The translations under genes were made by a program, and so were the position numbers. From Catajapyx aquilonaris (taxonomy: Eukaryota), in the NCBI GenBank assembly GCA_000934665.2, contig JYFJ02002041.1, positions 44,757 through 64,756 of the forward strand: a DNA stretch of 20,000 bases, given 5' to 3'. Within the stretch, counting starts at the first letter, position 1, and the number at the start of each line of letters is the position of its first letter. A model generated the notes under the pieces. It was not told the origin of the DNA, did not search any database, and worked only from the letters and a program-made list of their open reading frames with translations. Below are positions 1 to 9,648 of this stretch, piece by piece.

Positions 1-296
1 TACCGTCCACACCTTTACGCTTGTGACTGTACGTTTCACTTGTACATAAACTGGAATATATTAACGATAATATAGTTTCAGCATAATTATGAACAGTTCA
101 TAAATGCAAAGCTTTTGCGTTACTTTTCATTCAGACTTAATACGCCACAAGGAAGGACATAACTTTGTCAGTTGGACCGCCCACAGGTGCAGCGTGACAA
201 CGAAGCCATTTCTTATACTCACTCGTAATTGGATGACTGTACCGCAATGAACATTTAAGCCTGTGGCCTTGACACTTGCATTCCCTTCCTCCGCAG

Positions 297-429
297 GGTG
301 GTTGAGCCGGAGTACGCCTCAACCGCAGGCATGTTTGGAGCCGCTTCCCTGATCACAGGAATATTCGCTGGGATCAACTTCTCCATGGCACTCTCCTGGT
401 TTGTGCAGAAAGTCAGATGGCAGTTATGA
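297..429 (+). CDS. Last coding exon of an equilibrative nucleoside transporter (SLC29/ENT family); upstream exons lie outside the window
   Basis: Acceptor ttcccttcctccgcag|G at 296/297, then frame VVEPEYASTAGMFGAASLITGIFAGINFSMALSWFVQKVRWQL* with TGA at 427-429. This matches the recalled ENT C-terminal last TM helix ('V.P.Y..TAGMF.AA.LITGIF.G'). It is absent from the ORF track. Confidence 0.8.
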
Positions 430-1785
430 AGAGGGGCTGGCCTTTTAGAGAGAATAACAAAAAAAATGCAAGAGAGAAAGAGAGAGAGCGAAAGAGAGAA
501 TCTTAGGGATAAGTGGAAAATAGTGTGGGTGAAGGTGAGACTGTAAAAGGGAGGGTGGGAGTGTGTATAGGGAACGAAGAAGCAATATGATGACGATGCA
601 TGGTGCAGTTCCTTACAGATGAAAATAGAATCAAGTTAGAATTGGGAAGTTTTTTTAATGCTTTTTTCAGGTGCGCGAATGACTCCATTTGGATTTTTTT
701 ATTATTTGGACTCCCAAAAATGCGGGTGTTGGAAGAAAAAAATTTGAACTCCCATGCCCTTTGCATAATGATTTTTTTTTTTTTGAAAACCAAATGTGAC
801 GTATTTACTTGTAGTTACCCTTCACTCCTTCTCTTACCATTTCTCCTTGTATTTAAACTTTTTAAAAGCAAGGACAGGTCTTAGGCATTTTGTCGGTTTG
901 GAGTGGGGGTTGGGTGGGGTTGACATGAGATATTTAGCTTTCGCACCGTAACGTTTTTTGAAAGTTTTGGACTTTGATAGGAACTGACAAAGTCACCCAT
1001 CATGTAAAATAACGATGCATTACCAGATCTACTGGACAAAGTTTGTAGTAAGGCAGTGATTCTCAGGGTTGTCATTTAGTAGCAGTTTATGGAGGGGGTG
1101 GGGATCAGGAGGGGAAAGGGGTTAAGTTTTGGTGACACGAGAATGGCCTACTGAGTATTTGTGTTTCTCTTTTTCCCTTGTGCATTGCGTTGTGCATTTA
1201 CTTGTAAAGGTTGGACACACGAGAAGGGATGAGGTAAGCCCTGATATCACGTACCTCGTCTCCGTGTTGGATCAACCTCAATTTTTATCTATGTGGCCTT
1301 ACACGTAGTGTATATGTTTGGGGCCATTTTTTTTGTGCAGTTATTATTATCCAGATCATGTAAAAAGATGCGCTGCCTTTTTCTAGGCCATTGTTTCTCA
1401 TTCATTTCTGTGGCCCTGCTGTAACAAATACATCTTTAAATGTAAACCTGTTCTGTTGATAACAGCAAATGTCTTGCTTGAGGTGAAATGCTGCTTATTT
1501 ATACCGCAACTTTATGGCAAAGTAATCTGAAATCAAAACCTGTCTCTCGGCGACTTGGCCTGTTTGATTGTCTTTCTGAACCAATGTTTCCCTTGCCAGT
1601 AGTGAGTCACCCCCGGACATATTGTTATTTTTGTTAACAATGCAGTGCAATAAATGAATGAGGAATTCCCAAGGGCTATCGGCCTGTCTTTGATTCTCAT
1701 CTGTTGCGGGAAGAAAGCAACAGAAAGGTGAGATTTAAAATATCCACACTGTGCATGCAAAAAAATGGTGTTTCTGAAGAGAGTT

Positions 1786-1864
1786 CCCTCCCATTGATAA
1801 GCACTCGAGCAGCAGGAGGCTTTTGCAGCACACTCCTGCGGCACTAGTACTTAGGAACAGGACA
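1786..1864 (-). ncRNA. mir-252a: pre-miR-252a hairpin (mature 5p 1833-1854; star 1795-1816)
   Basis: Reverse complement of 1833-1854 is CUAAGUACUAGUGCCGCAGGAG, identical to recalled miR-252-5p. The opposite arm CCUGCUGCUCGAGUGCUUAUCA pairs with it leaving a 2-nt 3' overhang and resembles the known miR-252-3p. A CNNC motif (CUUC) lies 16 nt past the 3p end. Confidence 0.95.
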
Positions 1865-4800
1865 GGAGTGTACAGACACACTCTACGTCACAGCCGTCTC
1901 GCCACCTGGGGATTTGAGGATTCAACAGGTGGTCCAGCAGCTGCGTCTTATGAAAAATAAAAAAACGATGGAGACGTCAAGCAATGACTGGCGAAATGGT
2001 CAATCAAGAGATTCATTTTGCATTGCTGAATGAATTTCGTGCAGTACATGACGGATGTGTTAAGAGAGGGCCCACTCATCCAATTGTGACCCCGGACCCA
2101 GAGTAGAACTGCTTTTGGTTGACTCAATTGGCCTCAATTGGAAGGGAGGACCCCCCCTCCCACAGCCACCACCTCCCTCTCTCCCTACCCTAGTGGCCTC
2201 CAGTGCTATACTCCCGCAGGATATCCCTATCAAGCGACTAATAAGGAACAGGCTGAGCCAGGAACATCATGAAAGAACTCCTGCTGATGGTCACCCAATG
2301 GATACAAGAACAAAATGCTGGACAAGACGACATGTTTTTGGTCGCAGGAATTGTTACAACATGCAACATCGTAGCCATTTGTACGAGTACGAATGAAAAG
2401 CAAGAATAAAATCTACTCTGTCTGGCTATGAATTTGTGCTCATACAACCGGCCTATTTTAGAGAGTAATGCATAGTAATGAAAGGGCCACCAGAGATGTT
2501 GATAATCACCAATACACATTATGTGGAAGTCCTGCTAGAGCCTTCAATAATGACTTCCTCATAATTAAACATCCTATGGTTGTTACTAACTTCCATTTTA
2601 GCATTCAACCGCCTCTGTTGCATGTAATTGACTCATGAGGTGATCAATTTCTGGCTTGGTTTCAAGGGTATGACTGCATGGCCGCTATTATGATAGTTGA
2701 TAGTACGAGTCAACTATCACACGCTGCATTTACACCCCCCAACGCTGATTATGGCTACTTTAAAACTAAAAAGGCTTCCATTGACGCTATTGTAATGGTT
2801 TTGCTAGTTGAATACGTAACGCATAACGTAGATACATGCATGTGGGTGACAATGCAGCACATATAGTGGAACATATGCTAACTTTGAAGCGTGCCTTGAA
2901 CTAAAGAGTAGAAGACAAACTCACTTGGTGTCCAGAATCCATCGGCTGTCACTTTGGTCTCAGAAGAGAAGTTCACACTGTAATGTTTCCCAGCTGCTGA
3001 CTCCTCAGATGCTGGTGACCCCGTCTGTCTGTGGGCCAACCCCAGAGAGGAGTCCTAATATACATGTGGTGCTGACCAATGGCAGAGGGGACCTTAATTC
3101 GTCCTCTAATCACGACCGACCCCACACTGCCACTACACTGCTGTACCACCACCACTGGATGATGATCCACCGTTTAATCTCTTTTTCCCAGGTCTCACTC
3201 TTACTCAACCGATTTAATCAACGGGAAGTAGAGGAGAGGGTGGGAGGTAGGGAGGGGGTTTAAATAGGGTTCAAAAGGCTTTTGGGCCATGGGGGGATTG
3301 CGATTAAAGGCTTCCTTCCGATTCTTTTTTTTTTTAATTTTATATTATTCATTCTGGTCGAGGGCAGAGGTACAGAGAGGGACGAGGTCACCAGAAGTGG
3401 GGGGTGCTGGTGCTGGATGATGATGAAGCACGTGAGGACCCTTTATCAATGTATGGCTAATTGGGAACAGGAGGGTATGACTTGACAAGCTTTTTGGGCA
3501 TATTTAGGTGGGTTTGCTGGACCTAGACCTTGGACAAGATGAGACTTGTACAGCTGATGACCAAAAAAGTTTGCAGTTCGGTTACAAAATGAGCTCATTT
3601 TTTTATTTTATATTAATTGTTTCTGGACTGTTATTAACAGTTATGGGCCTTCAAAATACGCCCAATACTCAGCCTGTTACATAACTACTCACATGTCAAA
3701 TTAGAATCTGTCGCGATCATTTAAAAAAAAATTAATTATGAATATGTCCTGGCTGCAAACCAAAACGACTGTATGCACATAACTGCAATAATAATTGCTA
3801 CAATATTCCGTAGCACGTAAATATTGTCATTTAATTTTTTAAATAGATTACGTGAGAGTTCCTGGCCGTTCCTGATACTGAATTATTTCCCCTGGGTTTG
3901 TTTATTGTCCCCTTCATCATTTGTATGCGCATTTTAAAAATGTAGCTTACAATTTAATCTCACCTGCTCATCCCTCCGCAGCAAGATGCACACACTTGGA
4001 GTAAATTCAAGCCAGACCATCTTCTTCCTAGAAACCAAACCTTCCTATGTACATAAAAAAGACCCCATGAAAAACGGCCATAATGACCACCTGCCCGCCA
4101 ATCTCCTCCAGATGGACCCATGTATTTTTATCTCCGGATTTCCCCAGGATATTTTCATACATATATACAAGTGTGCACATTGCAACCTGCGTATAGGTTC
4201 CCATGATGTCCAAAGCGTTTCCTCTGCAAAGACCTAGTCATATTATATGTGGAGCAGAGGGAGACAAGAGCTGGCTTTAGATGGATAGAAAGAGGCTCCG
4301 GAGGTCAAATTCATTCCCCCAATTGTGGCCTCTCTATTGAAAGGGACGGAGGGTAGGAAAAGGGAGGCCCTCAACTGGATCATATCCACAGGACCTCATA
4401 CAGATCATACCCCCCTCAAAAAAATGACCCGCAAAATTGTCTGTTAGCTGATTGCAATAATATTTCCGATGGAGGAAAAAAATTGGCAGACTATGTGCGT
4501 GGCAAATATTTTTCCACAGCTGGTGCATGTAATGTATGTATGCAGTGTGTAGCCTACACAATTGACTGCAGCTTGGCCTGAATGCGGGTTATAAGGGGAG
4601 GGGGGGAGAATGTGGTGGTGGTGGTGGGGAGGGTATGCAAATGTAAAGAGATTAGGCGTAGGTGCTGCCACGTACTCGACTTCACTCTGGAGTGTATGTT
4701 GGGAACAGAGTAATTACGCTGCCAAGTTTTATGTACGCTCAATTTTTTTATTATTATTACTTCACTCACAGTCAGTACAGATGCTGAAAATTACATTGTC

Positions 4801-5138
4801 GCACAATCCAGCTGCAAGTATAATTTTTGGGGGGGGGGAAATTATTCCTGGAATTCCTGGAATTGTTTGGCGTCTTCTGCCAAAAAAAAAAAAAATAGAT
4901 ATATGAAAGACGTCATCATATCCATATTTAATTCAATGGACACATTCCACCCGCCCACCCTTGATGTCTGTGTATATGTTGGCAGCTGGTTGTCACATAA
5001 CCTCATTGAGACTACTTACCGCATGTTTTTTTTATGAGCTGGTCATTCATAGCTGGGAAAGCCATTGTCTTTCGGTTGTTGACCCAAACGATGACCACCA
5101 CTGGTATTTTATTATGATTATTATGCAGGATGAAAATT

Positions 5139-5218
5139 GTCCCCAATGTGTTAAGCAGACGTGTGCAGGTACATCACAAACCGATTACCTGCGGCACTAC
5201 TACTTAGGACACTAAGGA
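5139..5218 (-). ncRNA. mir-252b: pre-miR-252b hairpin (mature 5p ~5186-5207; star ~5149-5170)
   Basis: Reverse complement of 5186-5207 is CUAAGUAGUAGUGCCGCAGGUA, the recalled miR-252b. Complementary arm ACCUGCACACGUCUGCUUAACA. A CNNC motif (CAUC) lies 17 nt past the 3p end. Confidence 0.93.
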
Positions 5219-7151
5219 CAAAAGTTGGTCTTTTCTGTCCAGTTGTCAACTCACCTTTTTTTTTGTGTGTGTGTGAAAATGTCCCCAGATCCGGATGTTG
5301 AGGACTCATCTTGGGTCGGAATCGTGTTGAAATGAGCTTGTTGGATGTGTGCTTGTGTGGTAGGTAGGTAACATGTTTCGTCTTGAAAGGGGTGGGAATA
5401 AGGGTAAAGGGGGGGGACTCGACCAATGAGCAACTGAAAATGAGTTTCTCCTGGCGGATCTTCATTGGCCACTTTGGCTCAAAGGCAGGTGGGCCAAACG
5501 ATGAAAGCCGTCAGACCAACCCCATCCAAATATTGGACTTTGCCCACCTCCAACTCCCAAATTTTGGGGAGGTCTGACGTAATTACAAAAGTGAGGGCAT
5601 CTAAATGGGAACAACGGGAAAAAAATATATATATTAAAACCTCAACATGTTTTTATTTAACATGAATTACATTTCGACGGTTGACATTCCCCAGTAACAG
5701 CAAAGGAGCAAAAGTCCAAAGTAATAAAGTGCACCTGCTCGTGAAAATCGGGCGTCGTAAACACCACTTATTGTTGGGGATGGCCATTTCAGGCAAATTA
5801 GCACCATTTTGTATCAACCAAAAATTTAAGGAAAAAAAAAATCGTGGACATAGCCCCTTTTGCTTTAGAGGGTAATTAAAAATGTAAAAACGACAACAAT
5901 ATAGACACCGCGGAATGTTGCGCACCTTACATTAGAACAATTACACAATTAGCTACTCTGCAAATAACGTGCGTTATGAAACAGCATTTTTTTTAGACTT
6001 CCCACGATAAGGGCGGTCTATTTTGAAAGAATATATTTTTACGGAATACATTCATTGCTCTGGACTTTCGTTTGCTTATGGACCCGCTGGGCCTCCAAAA
6101 AGCTATTGTTGTGTCGGACTCCTCCGCAATAATTGCACTCTAATTTAGCCCATAAAAATTAAACATGAACAACAGGTGGACAAAATATTGCCAAATGTGG
6201 CACAAAAAAAGGTTATTTCCTTTCTTTAAAATTTGTCACTCAAACTTTTTTTTGCAAATTGAAGATTTTCGCACTGACCAACAGACAAGCAGCAGACGGA
6301 TGATGATGATGATGTGATTACATTCATTCAACGGTTACCCATCATCATCTGTCAATTGGTGTCGGAATCTCTTGTCGAGTAGTTCCTGAGTCGGAATGTG
6401 TCCCCCATACAACTGAAGGACATCCGCTGGGGTCACTGGGAGGTCACATTTGCACCACCGAGAAAACACCGGGGTGCGAAGTACATGCCCGGCTAACGAA
6501 CACTGCATACCTGACACTCTCAATTTCTTTTTTTAAAAACTACATGTGTGTGTGGCCATTGCTAATTCCAGACTTAGATAAGGTGAGGTTGAAGGGAACA
6601 AACGAAATGTCGATGACCTATGACCCAAATTGCTGTTCTTTTTATGGCGCTTTGTTATCGGACGCAGACGACTCCGATCGGTTGTGCTGTACGAACTGTG
6701 GTGGTACGAACTCTCAAAAGATTTTTTTTTAAAATAAAAAAGTATGTGACCACAGGGTCATACACGCAATTGTAGAATATACGTAGAAAACTGCAGATGC
6801 AAATCTGTGGGAGGTCAAGGACAGGTCATGTCGCAATCGGTCCATAAGGAAATAATCGTCTACAGTCGTGAGAAAGACTATAAAAAAGGGGGCAGGTGTC
6901 ACATTTCGTACACTTTATCAGCACATCAATTTTGCACCCGCATGTGTGTCACTCTTTTATATATATATATAAAAAAAAGCCCCTTCCCCTTCCCCTTGAT
7001 CAACACAACTGGTGATGACTCGTCTCCCATTATCATCCGATTAAAAGTACAACAAGTAAATAATATCCAGGCCTTTGAAAATGTCGCGTGCTGCTTGTTA
7101 ATGTATATGAAAGAGGGGGGTGAAAATTAGAAGACAAATACTTATAATGAC

Positions 7152-7158
<7 letters not shown>

Positions 7159-7225
<67 letters not shown>
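7159..7225. repeat. (TC)n microsatellite, ~33 units
   Basis: Uninterrupted tctctc run seen directly. Confidence 0.97.
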
Positions 7226-7228
<3 letters not shown>

Positions 7229-8039
7229 ATGGCGTCATATTATGGTCAATTTACGAATAATCCTCCCCTCAATATGTACCTTTCTGAATTGGTAAAGTGC
7301 TATTGTTCCGACACCCCAACATGTCTCCCGGATGCTGTCGGCGCATTTATCTCATTTTCACGCTATATTAGTTGTGTCTCGTTGTATATATGAACATATC
7401 GTGTGTGTGTGTGTGTGGTGGGGCAGCACCCTTAAAAAAAAGTTCATATCCGAAACACCTTTTAGATATATAACAATAGCCATTTTTTGTCCATCACCTG
7501 CACAGGAAGACCCGCGGGTTCAAAATAATAGTAATAAAAAAAAATACATCACCTGCCACTTGCATATTAAAACACAAGCAGTATTTTCATCCGCAGAAAA
7601 ACAATCCTTGAAGTGCACACATTTCCGCAATTATTTTATCTCGCAACAAGTGCACAATATTTATTTCCCCCCCTGCCATCAACAACTGTTGGCAAGTGTC
7701 ACATAATGCATGCTCTCGTGCCCTTGTTAATCTCCCAATCGCAACATATGTGCAAATATAATTGGCGATGTCTGCTGGGACGGCACACTTCAAATGATCC
7801 GGATTTTTTTTCTCCTTCCAAAAGGGTGTGGGAAGGTCCTTGAATAAGTGTTGAGGCACCTTTATGGACACTTCTGATGGGGCCAAAGCATAGAGATTCC
7901 GACCCCCAAAATAAAACGTGACACAATGCGAGACACATATCGTACGTACACGTAACAACAACACGTGACACACACACTGTGAGTCACATTAAAAAGCGTC
8001 CAAATTTGGAACAGACAACTCATCGGGATGTCCCACCTT

Positions 8040-8309
8040 TTTTTTCTCTCTGTGTTTCTTACGAGGAGGAACATTGTTGAAGATTTTTCTCTCCATCAGG
8101 AGGACAACATTGTTGACTATAGATTTTTCTCTCCATCAGGAGGAGAATATATTGTTGAAGATTTTTTCTATCCAGGAAGAGGAGAATATATTGTTGAAGA
8201 TTTTTCTCTCTGTTTGTCTTACGAGGAGGAACATTGTTGAAGATTTTTTCTCTCCAGGAGGAGAGTATTGTTGAGGATTTTTCTCTCCATCAGGAGGAGA
8301 GCATTGTTG
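8040..8309. repeat. Minisatellite, ~30-45 bp units (core AGGAGGAGAATATTGTTGAAGATTTTTCTCTCCATC), ~7-8 copies
   Basis: Repeated 'ggag..attgttgaagatttttc' cores. A longer variant unit containing 'cttacgaggaggaacattgttgaaga' occurs twice (~8058 and ~8218). Confidence 0.9.
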
Positions 8310-8325
8310 GACGTATGATGATACA

Positions 8326-8405
8326 CAGAAGTTACGACATGTGAACGTTACCACGAGCATTCGCATTACAGATGCCCATTATAACGGTCACAAACCGAAA
8401 CCTCC
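8326..8405 (-). ncRNA. mir-2001: pre-miR-2001 hairpin (mature 5p 8372-8393; star ~8337-8358)
   Basis: Reverse complement of 8372-8393 is UUGUGACCGUUAUAAUGGGCAU, the recalled miR-2001. Opposite arm GCUCGUGGUAACGUUCACAUGU. The lower stem extends (GGAGGUUUCGG with GUCGUAACUUC). A CNNC motif (CAUC) lies 17 nt past the 3p end. Confidence 0.93.
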
Positions 8406-9610
8406 GAAACATATATATTTTATATTTTAAAAAAAAGGCTCTGTGAATATATGATACACACGGTGGCTTACCTTGTACAACACACACGTCGAACTGCAAC
8501 ACACATGTGTATCCATAGTGTTTCCTTTTTTTTTTCCTCTTTTAGTAAGGTCTGTTATAGAGAGAGCAAAACTGACACCTGCTGGCTTCTGGCTCAAGTT
8601 TTTTTTTTTTCACTCTCATTTCTTTTTGTAAACCAACTGTTTATGACGCGGCCTTTTAAAAAAAAGTGGGGGGAGAAAAAAAACAAAAATTTGCATTGCT
8701 AATAACCCACCGACAAATGTTTCCGAACCTATTAATTTCTGACACTTCAAATCCCTCTGTACCGGTACTGTACAGAGCAGCTGGAAATTATACCGAATGG
8801 GACACTTTTTATTTAATTAATTTCAGTTAAATTTAACTGGTTGCTGGGGTTAACAACAGGCCTTATCTATTGTTGCAATAGGCTTGAAATGACTTAATTA
8901 CTGACTCATAATTATCACCCGGATTTGTCTCCATAACAAATATAGTCATACACGGCACACACTAGACGGATCTATCACATTTCGGTGTGGCCAAGTGAAA
9001 TTCCCGGACAAACGCCCTTCCTAATATGCAAATCCACATCCTGTACGTGTGGCACGTGGGTTAAATTACCTAACACCACTTCATCTGGGGGTTTCTCATT
9101 GCATTAGAAGGGCCGGGGAGTGAAAAAAAAAAAGAGGATTGAATTAATAGTTTAAAAAATGAATCCACCTGTGCGGCTGCGAAATTTACATTGAGCAGTG
9201 TGTATGTAACGAGTAGTTAGGCGCTTACCTGGTTGCCACGGAAAACCAGAAGGCATGACTTGTTGCTGTTACTTTCGCTTGAAATATATAGGACTGTCTG
9301 TTACATGCACTGTATATACATAAGGGGAACGGGTGCAGGGGGGGGAGAATACAGAGTCTGGCACCTGCATCTGCGGCTTCCAATCATGTTTCCGTCCATT
9401 GTTTCCCATCTGACAAATCCCAGCCGCTCTTTTTTCGCCACACATCCCACACACTATTCCCCAACTAGGTTTTATTTGGGCAAAAAAAGACGGATCCATT
9501 TTGAATTTTTTTTCCTGTAGCTGCCCCGGCAATTGATAAACTTCATTTGATTGGAAGTTCCTGTTGACCTTGTTACGCATGAACGTGGGCGTTGCATTGG
9601 AATAATTGCT

Positions 9611-9616
9611 TTTATT
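9611..9616 (-). terminator. Polyadenylation signal AATAAA of VPS51
   Basis: tttatt on the + strand, ~33 nt downstream of the VPS51 stop codon. Confidence 0.6.
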
Positions 9617-9648
9617 GTGATACGTTTTAAATTAATATTACAAAATGA

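Noticed and set aside
1230..1240. TGAGGTA resembling the let-7 seed
   Set aside because: The rest does not match let-7 and the motif runs into the hairpin loop; it fits a splice donor better.
6131..6152. AATTGCACT resembling the miR-92 5' end
   Set aside because: The match stops after 9 nt and there is no complementary arm.
503..9580. Numerous 60-130 aa ORFs in the ORF track
   Set aside because: Low-complexity and homopolymer-derived translations with no recognisable domains; the region is better explained as UTR, intron and pri-miRNA.
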